Positions 40,283-51,383 of a DNA stretch of 64,000 bases are shown piece after piece (position 1 is the first letter of the stretch; each line of letters begins with the position of its first letter). The stretch is taken from positions 592 to 64,591 of the forward strand of contig DATACC010000228.1 of the NCBI GenBank assembly GCA_036259255.1, written 5' to 3'. Made by a program: the position numbers and the translations under genes. The DNA comes from Thermoanaerobaculia bacterium (GTDB lineage: Bacteria; Acidobacteriota; Thermoanaerobaculia; Multivoradales; JBCCEF01). The notes under the pieces were generated by a model that made no database searches, was not told the origin of the DNA, and saw nothing but the letters and a program-made list of their open reading frames with translations.

Positions 40283-40541
40283 GGTCGCTCCAGCGGCCAC
40301 CCCTCCCGCCTCCGGAGGTGGTGGAGGAGAGGAAAACCCAAACCCCAGGACCCGACCCCAGGCCCGGTCCTGGAAGCTGGTCGGTCCAGGGGCCACCCTT
40401 CGCCTGGGGGGATCCCGTCCCACCGGGTCGCTTCTTCTCGAGCCAGGCTCATGCAAAACGCTGGTAGGAGCTCCAGGGCGAGCGCCTGGCGGAGACGATC
40501 TGCAAGGAACTCGGCGCCGACGCCGAGGCGAGCGCCCCGCG

Positions 40542-40844
40542 TCAGCGCGCGCGGAGCGCGTCGAGCTTGCTCTCCCGGTCCGCCTCGATCTGGCGGCGCT
40601 CGCGGCGGTAGTCCTCCTCCTCGGCCTCGCGGGCGGTGGGGTCGGCGAGGCGCTTCAGGCGGTCGCGGTGGAGGATCTCGAGCTCGGCGATCTTTGCCTC
40701 GGCGCGCTGGCGTACCTCCGCCATCTCGCGCTTCACCTCCTCGCCGAGGGCCTCGCCGCGGGGGCGCTCGATGCCCTGGCTGTCCATGCGCTCGAGGGCC
40801 AGCTCGTAGGCCGATTTCATGCCCGACTTCTTGTCGTCTGCCAT
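40542..40844 (-). CDS. Hypothetical small charged protein (100 aa), weak RBS
   Basis: MADDKKSGMKSAYELALERMD...; coding-like GC3; track ORF 40542..40997 probably overextended. Confidence 0.4.
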   Translation of the reverse strand: MADDKKSGMKSAYELALERMDSQGIERPRGEALGEEVKREMAEVRQRAEAKIAELEILHRDRLKRLADPTAREAEEEDYRRERRQIEADRESKLDALRAR

Positions 40845-41040
40845 GCCGGGAGGATAGCAGCGCCGCGGCCGGAGGGCGGCGACCTTCTGCCATAATGACG
40901 CGTCGTCGCCGCGGGCCAGGCCGCACTCCAGGGGGATCACCCCCGGGCGGCGCCGCGGCATCGCTCTTGCTCCGCGGCAGGGCCGGGTGCGGATCACCGG
41001 CCCGCGTGGATCTCCCGCGGCAGCCCCGAACGAGGAACCG

Positions 41041-42054
41041 ATGATCGAAGCGCACGAGCTGTCACGCCGCTACGGCCCCTTCACGGCCGTCGACCGCATC
41101 TCCTTCTCGGTCGCCGAGGGGGAGATCGTCGGCATCCTCGGACCCAACGGCGCCGGCAAGACGACGACGATCCGCATGATCACCGGCTTCCTGCCCCCCA
41201 CCGGCGGCACGGTGACGGTCGGAGGCAGGGACCTGTTCACCGAGCCCCGCAAGGCGCGGCGCGACATCGGCTACCTGCCCGAGAACGTCGCCCTCTACAC
41301 CGAGATGCGGGTGCGCGAGTACCTCGCCTACCGCGCCCGCCTCGAAGGCATGCGACGCACCGACGCCCGCCGCGCGCTGGCCGACACCATCGACCGCGCC
41401 CTTCTCGGCGAGGTGGCGGACCAGATCATCGGCACGCTCTCGAAAGGCTACCGCCAGCGCGTCGGCCTCGCCGCCGCGATCCTCCACCAGCCCCGGGTGC
41501 TGGTGCTCGACGAGCCCACGGTCGGCCTCGATCCGCGCCAGATCATCGCCATCCGCGAGCTGATCCGCGAGCTCGGCCGCGAGCGCACGCTGCTGCTGTC
41601 GACCCACATCCTCCCCGAGGTGGAGCTGCTGTGCGACCGGGTGCTGATCATCGACGGCGGCCGCATCGTCGCCCAGGGCACCGTCGCCGATCTCCACCAG
41701 CGTTGGCTCGGCCAGGCCAGCGTGCGAGTGGAGATCCAGCCCGGCTCCGCCAGCGCCGTCGAGGTGGCGGAGGTGCTCTCGGCGGTGCCCGGCGTCACCG
41801 CCGTGCGCCCGGTGGCCGACGACGGCTCGCCCCACCTGTGGCAGGTCGAGGCGGCCGGCGGCGCCGATCCGCGGGCCGAGATCTTCCGCGCCGCCGTCGA
41901 GCAGGGCTGGGTGCTGCTCGGCCTCGCCGAAGAGCGCGGCACCCTGGAGGACGTCTTCGTGCACCTGACCACCCGCGAGGAGATCGCCCCGGCCGGCACC
42001 GGGTCGGAGGCGCCACCGCCCGCTTCCGGCGCGCCCGGGGAGCTGCCGTCGTGA
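41041..42054 (+). CDS. ABC transporter ATP-binding protein
   Basis: Walker A GPNGAGKTTT, signature LSKGYRQR, Walker B VLVLDEP. Confidence 0.9.
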   Translation: MIEAHELSRRYGPFTAVDRISFSVAEGEIVGILGPNGAGKTTTIRMITGFLPPTGGTVTVGGRDLFTEPRKARRDIGYLPENVALYTEMRVREYLAYRARLEGMRRTDARRALADTIDRALLGEVADQIIGTLSKGYRQRVGLAAAILHQPRVLVLDEPTVGLDPRQIIAIRELIRELGRERTLLLSTHILPEVELLCDRVLIIDGGRIVAQGTVADLHQRWLGQASVRVEIQPGSASAVEVAEVLSAVPGVTAVRPVADDGSPHLWQVEAAGGADPRAEIFRAAVEQGWVLLGLAEERGTLEDVFVHLTTREEIAPAGTGSEAPPPASGAPGELPS

Positions 42055-42785
42055 GCGCCGTCCTCGCCACCTTCGGCCGCGAGCTGCGGGCCTACTTCCT
42101 TTCGCCGCTGGCCTACGCCGTGCTGTTCTTCTTCCTGCTGGTCAACGGCGTCATCTTCTCGATCATCGTCAGCTACCTGATCGACCCGCGGGTGCCCGCC
42201 GGCATGCAACCCTTCGCCCCCTTCTTCGGCACCGTGGTGTGGTGGCAGCTCGTGCTGGTGCCGCTGATCACCATGCGGCTGATCGCCGAGGAGCGCCGCT
42301 CCGGCTCCATCGAGGTGCTGATGACCGCCCCCGCCACCGAGGGGCAGGTGGTGACCGGCAAGTTCCTGGCCGCCCTCGCCTTCTACCTCTTCCTGTGGCT
42401 GCCGACCCTCGCCTACCCGGCCTTCGTCGAGCTCTACGGCGAGGTCGACTGGGGCCTGGTGGCGGGCGGCTACGCCGGCACCGTGCTGGTGGGCGCCTTC
42501 TTCCTCGCCATCGGCATGGTGACCTCCGCGCTCACCCGCAGCCAGCTCCTGGCGGCCCTCGCCGGCGCCGCCGTGGTGATGCTGTTCATCTTCGTCGACG
42601 CCGCCGGCGGCCTGGCCACCGCCCAGGGCACCCAGGAGGCCGTGGGCTACGTCAGCGTGCTGTCCCACATGGACGAGCTCGGCCGCGGCGTGGTCGATTC
42701 GCGCCGGCTGGTCTTCTACCTGTCCGGAGTGGTGTTCTTCCTGTTCGTCGCCGCCCGCATGCTGGAGGAGCGCAAATGGCGCTAG
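42051..42785 (+). CDS. ABC-2 type transporter permease (GldF-like)
   Basis: GTG overlapping upstream TGA; 6 TM; ABC-2 family pattern. Confidence 0.75.
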   Translation: MSAVLATFGRELRAYFLSPLAYAVLFFFLLVNGVIFSIIVSYLIDPRVPAGMQPFAPFFGTVVWWQLVLVPLITMRLIAEERRSGSIEVLMTAPATEGQVVTGKFLAALAFYLFLWLPTLAYPAFVELYGEVDWGLVAGGYAGTVLVGAFFLAIGMVTSALTRSQLLAALAGAAVVMLFIFVDAAGGLATAQGTQEAVGYVSVLSHMDELGRGVVDSRRLVFYLSGVVFFLFVAARMLEERKWR

Positions 42786-44407
42786 GCACCGACCGCCGCG
42801 GCCTCCTGCGCACCGGCATCGCCGGCACCGCGGTGCTGCTCGCCGCGGCCCTGTTCGTCATCGTCAACTACTTCGGCTGGAAGTACCACCAGCGGTTCGA
42901 CTGGACCGAGAGCAATCTCTACACCCTGTCGCCGAAGACCGAGAGCGTGCTGGCGGCGCTCGAATCCGACGTCGACGTCTACGTCTTCCTCGATCCCCAG
43001 GACCAGCTCTTCGAGCCCACCCGCGAGCTGCTCGCCCGCTACGAGGCGGCGTCGCCGCGGCTGTCGATCCGCATGGTCGATCCGGCGAAGAACCTGATGG
43101 AGACCCAGCGCCTGGTGGAGCGCTTCGACCTCGACCGCGCGGCCGTGGTGTTCGCGAGCGGCGACGAGAAGCGGGTGGTGCCGCGCAACGACCTGGCGGA
43201 GCTCGATTTCTCCACCCTCCAGTTCGGCGGCCAGGAGCCCGAGGTGCAGGCGTTCCGCGGCGAGCAACGCTTCACCCGGGCGCTGATCGACCTCGGCGAG
43301 GCCGAGCCGCCGCGGGTGCTGTTCACCGTCGGCCACGGCGAGCTGCGGCTCGACGAGCGGGGCCAGCGGGGCCTCGGCGAGCTGCAGCGGGTGCTCGGCA
43401 CCGACAACTTCCAGATCGACGAGTGGGCGAGCCTCGGCGAGGAGGCGGTGCCCGCCGACGCCGACCTGGTGGTGATCGCCGGCCCGTCGTCGAGCTTCCT
43501 GCCTCCCGAGCTGGCGATGCTCGACGCCTACCTCGAAGGCGGCGGCGCCCTGCTGGTGCTGCTCGACTCGCCCCTCGAGGGCGGGGGGGCGGGCGGCGGC
43601 GGCGCCGCGGAGGAGGCCGCGAGCGGGGCCGGCCCCGAAACCGCCGACGACTCCGCGGACGGAGCCGGCGGCGGCGCCGCGGCGCTGGCCGAGTGGCTCG
43701 CCGGCTACGGCATGGAGGTGGGTGGCGACACGGTGGTCGATCCGGAGGGGACGCTGCCGTTCTACGGCGCCGGCACTTTCTTCGTCAGCCGCTACCCGTC
43801 CCAGCACGCGGTCACCGCGCCGCTCGCCGGTGACGAGCTGCCGGTGCTGATGAGCCTCGCCCGTTCGGTCTCTCCGGGCGAGGCGCCACCGGGGCTGACC
43901 GTCGAAACCCTGCTCGCCAGCTCCGCCGACGCCTGGGGCGAGACCGACCCGTCGGAGCTCGTGCGCGGCCCGGGGGACACCCCCGGGCCGGTGTCCCTCG
44001 GCGTGGCGGTCGAGCGCGAGGGGGCGCGGGACGAGGGCGTGGAGGAGCTCGACGTCGAGGATCTCGGCGCCGAGGATCCCGCCGGCGAGGACTTCCTGGC
44101 CGAGGCCGGGGAGGGCCCGGGGGAGGCCGGCGGCGGGGACGGCATGCGCCTGGTCGTCTACGGCGATTCCGGCTTCGTGACCGACCAGTTCCTGGGCAAC
44201 TTCGGCAACGCCGCCCTGGTGTCGAGCACCGTCAACTGGCTCACCGAGCGCCAGGCGCTGGTGGCGATCCCGCCGCGCACGCCGGAGTCCTCCCGCCTCG
44301 AGATCACCGGCAGCGAGCTGCGCGGGCTCTACCTGCTGTCGCTCGTCCTGCTGCCCGGCCTCTGCCTGGCCGCCGGGGTGCTCGTTTGGTACCGGCGCCG
44401 GAGGTGA
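42776..44407 (+). CDS. GldG-like ABC transporter auxiliary component
   Basis: N-terminal TM, large periplasmic domain, C-terminal TM and RRRR; typical position after ABC-2 permease. Confidence 0.7.
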   Translation: MALGTDRRGLLRTGIAGTAVLLAAALFVIVNYFGWKYHQRFDWTESNLYTLSPKTESVLAALESDVDVYVFLDPQDQLFEPTRELLARYEAASPRLSIRMVDPAKNLMETQRLVERFDLDRAAVVFASGDEKRVVPRNDLAELDFSTLQFGGQEPEVQAFRGEQRFTRALIDLGEAEPPRVLFTVGHGELRLDERGQRGLGELQRVLGTDNFQIDEWASLGEEAVPADADLVVIAGPSSSFLPPELAMLDAYLEGGGALLVLLDSPLEGGGAGGGGAAEEAASGAGPETADDSADGAGGGAAALAEWLAGYGMEVGGDTVVDPEGTLPFYGAGTFFVSRYPSQHAVTAPLAGDELPVLMSLARSVSPGEAPPGLTVETLLASSADAWGETDPSELVRGPGDTPGPVSLGVAVEREGARDEGVEELDVEDLGAEDPAGEDFLAEAGEGPGEAGGGDGMRLVVYGDSGFVTDQFLGNFGNAALVSSTVNWLTERQALVAIPPRTPESSRLEITGSELRGLYLLSLVLLPGLCLAAGVLVWYRRRR

Positions 44408-44408
44408 G

Positions 44409-45926
44409 GTGAGACCGCGCGCGCTGGTCGTCCTGCTCGTCCTGGTGCTGGCGCTCGGCGCCTTCATCTGGTTCTACGAGCGCGAGCTGCCCGGCAGCGA
44501 GGAGCGCGAGGAGATGGCCGGCCGGGCCCTGCCCGGGCTGCTCTCCGACCAGGTGCGTGCCCTCACCCTGGAGCGCCCGGGCGAGGAGGCGGTGCTCCTG
44601 GTGCGCGCCGAGCCGGCCGTCGAGACCAGCAGCGGGGACGATGGCGAGCTGGAAACCGCCGGGTCCGCCGCGCCCGCCGCCGCGGCCGGGGCCGCCGACG
44701 CCGAGCCGCTGTGGCGCTACGCGGCTCCGAAGCGCTTCGCCGGTGCCCGCGCCGATGGCCAGGTGGTGGAGGATCTGCTGTCGGCTTTGGCCGCCCTCGA
44801 ACGCACCCGGTCGCTCGACGAGCACGACCCGGCCTCCGTCGGGCTCGCGCCGCCGCGCCTGCTGCTCACCCTGGAGCTCGCCGGCGGCGAGCGGCAGGTG
44901 CTCGCCGTGGGCGGCGAGGTGCCGGCCAGCAACGACATGGTGGTGGCGCGCGGCGGGAGCGAGGGCGGCGACGGCGGAGGCTTCGAGGAGGCCTTCCTGG
45001 TCGACCGCTCCCTGTGGACCGACCTCGACCGCGAGCCCGGCGACTGGCGGTCGCGCCAGGTGTTCCCCGGCCGGCGCGCCGAGATCGAACGGGTGAGCCT
45101 GCTCGGCAACGGTGCCGAGGTGGTGCTGGTGCGGCGCGACACCGGCGCCTTCTGGGTGGGCCAACCGGTGGACGATCTCGCCGACCGCAGGGCGGTGGAC
45201 AGCCTGCTCGACGCCCTCGTCGGTCTGCGAGTGAGCCGCTTCCTCGAAGCGGGCCAGGACCTCGGAGCCCTCGATCTCGCGCCGCCGCGGGGCGTCGTCA
45301 CCGTCGAGGCCGGAGGCGGTGAGCCGTTCCGGCTCGAGGTGGGGGCGCCGGCGCCGGAGGGCGGCGGCCACGTGCTGCGGGCCGGTACCAGCTTGCTGGT
45401 GGCCGAGACCCCGCTGGTGCGCTCGCTGCTCCAGTCGCCGCAGCAGTGGCAGAGCCGGAGCCTCACCGAGCGGCAGATCTTCGAGATCGAGGAGATCGAG
45501 GTCCGCGGCGCCGCCGCGCCCGGCGAGCCGCTGCGCATCGAGCGCGCCGGCACCGACTGGCGACGCGGCGGTGAAACGATCCGCTACACGCCGGTGGCCG
45601 ACCTGCTGTTCGCACTGATCGAGGCGCGGGCCGAGCGGCTGGAGGTCGCCGCCGCCCTCGGCCTCCGCAAGCCCGAGCGGGTGATCCGCCTCACCGCCCG
45701 GCCGCAGGGCGCGGCCTCCGCGGTGGTCGAGGAGATCGCGCTGCACCCGCCGCGGGACGGCGTCGTGCCGGCGACGGTCGAAGGGCGCGCCTGGGCGCTG
45801 CTGCTGCCGGCCGACGCCGTCGAGGAGATCGAGCGCCACCTCGCCCGAGTGCGCGATGCCCGGCCGGCCGCCTCCGGCGCCGAGCCCGCCGATCCCGACG
45901 CTGGCGCTGCCGGCGCGACGCCCTGA
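44409..45926 (+). CDS. DUF4340-like protein (commonly follows GldG)
   Basis: N-terminal TM anchor; gene order conserved with GldG-type operons; family call tentative. Confidence 0.55.
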   Translation: MRPRALVVLLVLVLALGAFIWFYERELPGSEEREEMAGRALPGLLSDQVRALTLERPGEEAVLLVRAEPAVETSSGDDGELETAGSAAPAAAAGAADAEPLWRYAAPKRFAGARADGQVVEDLLSALAALERTRSLDEHDPASVGLAPPRLLLTLELAGGERQVLAVGGEVPASNDMVVARGGSEGGDGGGFEEAFLVDRSLWTDLDREPGDWRSRQVFPGRRAEIERVSLLGNGAEVVLVRRDTGAFWVGQPVDDLADRRAVDSLLDALVGLRVSRFLEAGQDLGALDLAPPRGVVTVEAGGGEPFRLEVGAPAPEGGGHVLRAGTSLLVAETPLVRSLLQSPQQWQSRSLTERQIFEIEEIEVRGAAAPGEPLRIERAGTDWRRGGETIRYTPVADLLFALIEARAERLEVAAALGLRKPERVIRLTARPQGAASAVVEEIALHPPRDGVVPATVEGRAWALLLPADAVEEIERHLARVRDARPAASGAEPADPDAGAAGATP

Positions 45927-45968
45927 GCCGCAGCGCCCCACGACCCGCGCTGCGCCGCGCAGCCGCCT

Positions 45969-46003
45969 GAAAAGCGAACGGCCGCCCCCGAAGGAGCGGC
46001 CGT
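45969..46003 (-). terminator. Rho-independent terminator candidate (ACGGCCGC-loop-GCGGCCGT then UCGCUUUUC on minus strand)
   Basis: 8-bp GC stem with 10-nt loop and U-run on minus strand, about 27 nt after the small ORF stop. Confidence 0.5.
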
Positions 46004-46029
46004 CCAGGCTTCGTCGTGTCGCGGCGCGT

Positions 46030-46140
46030 CTAGTAGTGGCGCACCGGCGTGGTCGTCGTGGTGCGACGGGGGGCGCGGCGAGTGCGCCCGAACACGCGTC
46101 CGAAGAGGCCTGAGAAGGTTCCGAAGAGTCTGCGTAGCAT
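46030..46140 (-). CDS. Small Arg-rich ORF (36 aa, MLRRLFGTFSGLFGRVFGRTRRAPRRTTTTTPVRHY)
   Basis: AAGGAG RBS 6 nt upstream of ATG; followed by terminator; not in ORF track. Confidence 0.35.
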   Translation of the reverse strand: MLRRLFGTFSGLFGRVFGRTRRAPRRTTTTTPVRHY

Positions 46141-46238
46141 GTGCGTCTCCTTGCTGTGAGTCCCTGGTGCGATGACGTTGCGAGCAGATCGCTTGGTCTG
46201 TCTCACCCCTGGTCAAGAGCAAGGGCGGTGCCAACTCC

Positions 46239-47885
<1,647 letters not shown>

Positions 47886-47970
47886 CGCCTGCCATTCTAG
47901 ACCCTGCAACCGCCGGCGCCGCGCCGCCGTATGCTCGCGGCAGGACCCGAGACCCGAAAGGAGCCCGACG

Positions 47971-48978
47971 ATGCGAAACCTGCCGTGCACGATCCTGTCG
48001 CTGGTGGCGCTGGGCGCCGCCCTGCTCGTCGCCGCCCCGGCGGCGGCGGACACCCTGCTGGTGGCCAACAAGGGGGAGGCCACGCTCGCCCTGGTCGATC
48101 TCGCCCGCGGCGAGGTGGTGGCCACCCTGCCCACCGGCGCCGGCCCCCACGAGGTGGCGGTTTCGCCGGACGGGGCGCTGGCGGTGGTCGCCGACTACGG
48201 CGGCCGCGAGCCCGGCTCGACCCTCACCGTGGTGGACGTGCCAGGGGCGAAGGTGGTGCGCACCGTCGACCTCGGTGGCCACCGGCGGCCCCACGGCGTC
48301 GTCTTCCTCGACGCGCGCCGCGTGGCGGTGACCACGGAGGGCTCCGGCTCGCTGCTGGTGGTCGACGTGGTGGCCGGCGAGGTGGCGCGGGCGGTGGAGA
48401 CCGGCCAGCGCGTCTCCCACATGGTGGCGGTGGCGCCGGGCGGCAGCCGGGCCTGGGTCGCCAACCTCGGCTCCGGCAACGTGACGGTGGTGGATCTGGC
48501 TGCCGGCGAGAAGCTGGGCGACGTCGCCACCGGCGCCGGGGCCGAGGGGGTGGCGGTGTCGCCCGACGGGCGCTGGGTGTGGGTCACCAACCGCGAGGCC
48601 GACACGGTGAGCCTGGTCGACGCCGGGACCCTCGAGAAGGTGGCCGACGTGCCGTCGGCGGAGTTCCCGATCCGCGCCGAGGTGACCCCCGACGGCCGCT
48701 GGGTGCTGGTGAGCAACGCCGAGTCGGGCGATCTCACGGTGATCGACGCCGGCGAGCGCCGGGTGGCGCGGCGCATCGAGCTGCCGGCAGGGAAGACCTC
48801 GGCGCCGATCGGCATCGAGATCGCCCCGGACGGCAAGCGGGCCTGGATCGCACACACCGCCGCCGACCTGGTCCAGGTGCTCGATCTCGAGACCTGGAAG
48901 CCGACCGCAACCCTGGCGACGGGCGACGAGCCCGACGGCATGGCCTACTCGCCGGTGACGGTGCGCGTCACCCGGTAG
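47971..48978 (+). CDS. Secreted YVTN-family beta-propeller repeat protein (YncE-like)
   Basis: Signal peptide; seven repeats of the form VAVSPDG.../VWVTN...; GGAG RBS. Confidence 0.75.
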   Translation: MRNLPCTILSLVALGAALLVAAPAAADTLLVANKGEATLALVDLARGEVVATLPTGAGPHEVAVSPDGALAVVADYGGREPGSTLTVVDVPGAKVVRTVDLGGHRRPHGVVFLDARRVAVTTEGSGSLLVVDVVAGEVARAVETGQRVSHMVAVAPGGSRAWVANLGSGNVTVVDLAAGEKLGDVATGAGAEGVAVSPDGRWVWVTNREADTVSLVDAGTLEKVADVPSAEFPIRAEVTPDGRWVLVSNAESGDLTVIDAGERRVARRIELPAGKTSAPIGIEIAPDGKRAWIAHTAADLVQVLDLETWKPTATLATGDEPDGMAYSPVTVRVTR

Positions 48979-48988
48979 AGTCGGGGGC

Positions 48989-49774
48989 ATGCTGCGCGCG
49001 ATCGCCGACGATCTCAACGCCGACCTGGAGGACCTCGCCTTCGGGCCGCCGGTGACCCACGTCTACAACCCGGCGGTCTACGCCCGGGAGCCCCACGCCG
49101 CCTTCCTGGAGCGCTTCGGCGCCGCCCCCAAGGAGGTGCTGCTGGTCGGCATGAACCCCGGGCCGTGGGGGATGGCCCAGACCGGCGTGCCCTTCGGCGA
49201 GGTGGGGGTGGTGCGCGATTGGCTGGGGATCTCGGGCGCGGTGGGGCGGCCCGACCCGGAGCATCCGAAGCGGCGGGTCCAGGGCTTCGGCTGCACCCGC
49301 AGCGAGGTCTCCGGCAGTCGGCTGTGGGGCTGGGTGCGGGAGCGCTTCGGCGCGCCGGAGCGCTTCTTCGCGCGCTTCTTCCTTCACAACTACTGCCCGC
49401 TGGTGTTCCTGGAAGAGAGCGGCCGCAACCGCACGCCGGACAAGCTGCCGGCGGCCGAGCGCGAGCCGCTCTTCGCGGCTTGCGACCGGGCGCTGGTGCG
49501 CACCGTGGAGCATCTGGCGCCGCGCTGGGTGGTGGGAATCGGGGCCTTCGCCGAGGCGAGGGCGCGCCAGGCCCTGGCGGGCCGGCCGGTCGAGATCGGC
49601 CGCGTTCTCCACCCCAGCCCGGCGAGCCCGCTGGCCAACCGCGATTGGGGAGGTCAGGTGGACCGGGCGCTGGCGGAGCTGGGAATCCAGGCCACCTGCC
49701 GCGGACCCTCGGACGGCTCGGAATCGAGCTCCGGCACGAGCGAGGTCTCGCGCTCCTCGCCGCCGCGCCAGTAA
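48989..49774 (+). CDS. SMUG-type (family 3) uracil-DNA glycosylase
   Basis: GMNPGPWGMAQTGVPFGE motif. C-terminal 40 codons overlap the convergent gene, so the true 3' end is uncertain. Confidence 0.7.
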   Translation: MLRAIADDLNADLEDLAFGPPVTHVYNPAVYAREPHAAFLERFGAAPKEVLLVGMNPGPWGMAQTGVPFGEVGVVRDWLGISGAVGRPDPEHPKRRVQGFGCTRSEVSGSRLWGWVRERFGAPERFFARFFLHNYCPLVFLEESGRNRTPDKLPAAEREPLFAACDRALVRTVEHLAPRWVVGIGAFAEARARQALAGRPVEIGRVLHPSPASPLANRDWGGQVDRALAELGIQATCRGPSDGSESSSGTSEVSRSSPPRQ

Positions 49775-50640
49775 CGCACCAGCAGCTCCTCGCCGAGGGG
49801 GGCGTCGCGCACCGCGTCGAGGAAGTCGAGGGGCCGGCGGGCGGCGACGCCGTCGACCTCGAGCAGCAGGTCGCCGCGGCGCAGCCCCCGGTGGGCCGCC
49901 TGGCCGGCGGCGCGCAGCACCACCAGGCCCGGACGGTCGGGCAGGGAGAACTCGGCTCGCAGGGTGTCGCTCGGAGTCACCACCGTGAGGCCGAGCGCGC
50001 GCACCACCTGCTCCGGCTCGTCGGGAGCGAGGAAATCGACCTCCGGCGTCTCGTCCAGGATCTTCTGGGCGACGCGGATCGTGGCCCCGGAGCGCAGGGC
50101 CAGGGCCATGCCGTCGCTCGGCCGGGTGTCCACCGCCACCGATTCGCCGCCGGCCGCCGGCCGCACCGAGAGACGGCCGAGGTAGGTGCCGTCGACGAGA
50201 TCGTGGATCACCAGCTCCTCCACGCGGCCGCCGAGCTTGACCACCAGATCGGCCATCAGGTCGTGGGTCATCGGGCGGGGGAACGGCACCTCGAGCAGCG
50301 CCGCCGCGATCGCCTGGGCCTCCGCCACGCCGACCCAGATCGGCACCACCTGCCCGGTGTCGGGCTCGCGCAATAGAACCACCGGCGCGGTGGTGGTGGC
50401 GTCCCAGCCGACGGTGGTCACCTCCACGGTGCGCAGGCCGTCGGCGGCGGCCGGGGCGGCGTTGACCGCGGAGGCGGGGGCCGGCGGTGGCGCGCCGGTG
50501 GTGAACCGGTCGGCGGCGGCGCCCTCGCCGGCCGGCGAACCGGAGCCGGCGGTGCAGGCGGCGAGCACGACGGTGCAGGCGGCGAGAAGCAGGGCGCGCC
50601 GGGGAACGGCGCAAGGGCACGGCGGGAGGTTCGGCAGCAT
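49654..50640 (-). CDS. Lipoprotein with bifunctional-nuclease (DUF151/BFN) domain plus C-terminal PDZ domain
   Basis: Lipobox LLLAACTVVLAAC; VVLLREPDTGQVVPIWVGVAEAQAIA...RPMTHDL BFN motif; PDZ-like GLVVLRAAGQAAHRGLRRGDLLLEVDG. Confidence 0.6.
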   Translation of the reverse strand: MLPNLPPCPCAVPRRALLLAACTVVLAACTAGSGSPAGEGAAADRFTTGAPPPAPASAVNAAPAAADGLRTVEVTTVGWDATTTAPVVLLREPDTGQVVPIWVGVAEAQAIAAALLEVPFPRPMTHDLMADLVVKLGGRVEELVIHDLVDGTYLGRLSVRPAAGGESVAVDTRPSDGMALALRSGATIRVAQKILDETPEVDFLAPDEPEQVVRALGLTVVTPSDTLRAEFSLPDRPGLVVLRAAGQAAHRGLRRGDLLLEVDGVAARRPLDFLDAVRDAPLGEELLVRYWRGGEERETSLVPELDSEPSEGPRQVAWIPSSASARST

Positions 50641-50686
50641 CGACGACTCCTGTGGTCAGGCGCCCTCGATGCTAGCACCGGGTCCG

Positions 50687-51289
50687 TCACAGCCGTTCGA
50701 GGAGCACCAGGTTGGCCGCCAGCGCGCCGGCCGGGGCGGTGAGCGGCAGCGGCACCAGCGGGCCGCGGACGAAGCGCGGCGGCGGGAACCAGCGGTCCAC
50801 CTCGGCGGCATCCACCGCCACCAGGCCTTCCTCGTCTTCCCCGGCGCGGGCGCCGTGCAGCAGCAGCCGGCCGCCGGGGACGAGGACGCGGGCCATCTCC
50901 GCGGCGTAGAGCGCCCGGTCGTCGGGGTCGACGACGTGGAAGCAGCCGCGGTCGAGTGCGAAGCCGGCCTCGCCGTCGGCGAGCGGCAGGCGCCGGGCGT
51001 CGCCGTGGCGCCAGTCGACCGCCAGGCCCGCCGCCGCGGCGCGGCCGCGGGCCAGCTCCAGGGCGACCTCGCTCGCGTCGACCGCGATGACGGGAAAGCC
51101 GAGACCGGCCAGGTAGAGCGCCTCGAGCCCGCCGCCGCAGCCGACGTCGACCACCCGGGTTCCCGCCCGCAGCACCCCGGCGGCGACCAGGGCCGCCAGC
51201 ACCGGGCTGGCGGGCTCGCCCTCCCAGTGACGCAGGTGGTCGCCGGCGCGGAAGGCGCGGTCCCAGAAGCTTTCCCAGTTGGAGGACAT
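50687..51289 (-). CDS. Class I SAM-dependent methyltransferase
   Basis: VVDVGCGGGLEALYLAGLG motif I. Confidence 0.75.
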   Translation of the reverse strand: MSSNWESFWDRAFRAGDHLRHWEGEPASPVLAALVAAGVLRAGTRVVDVGCGGGLEALYLAGLGFPVIAVDASEVALELARGRAAAAGLAVDWRHGDARRLPLADGEAGFALDRGCFHVVDPDDRALYAAEMARVLVPGGRLLLHGARAGEDEEGLVAVDAAEVDRWFPPPRFVRGPLVPLPLTAPAGALAANLVLLERL

Positions 51290-51383
51290 GGTGCAAGATC
51301 AGCGGCCGGAGATCCGATGCCGGCGCCGCGGGTGGAGTCTACCGGGCGCGGGCGGAACGCAACGAGAGGAGAGGGAGCCGGAG

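Noticed and set aside
40132-40467. 111-aa Pro-rich ORF (PPPPPARSLQRPPLPPPEVVEE)
   Set aside because: Encoded by the GGTGGAGGTGG/CCACCACCTCC inverted repeats; mixed third-position composition; more likely a structured non-coding element.
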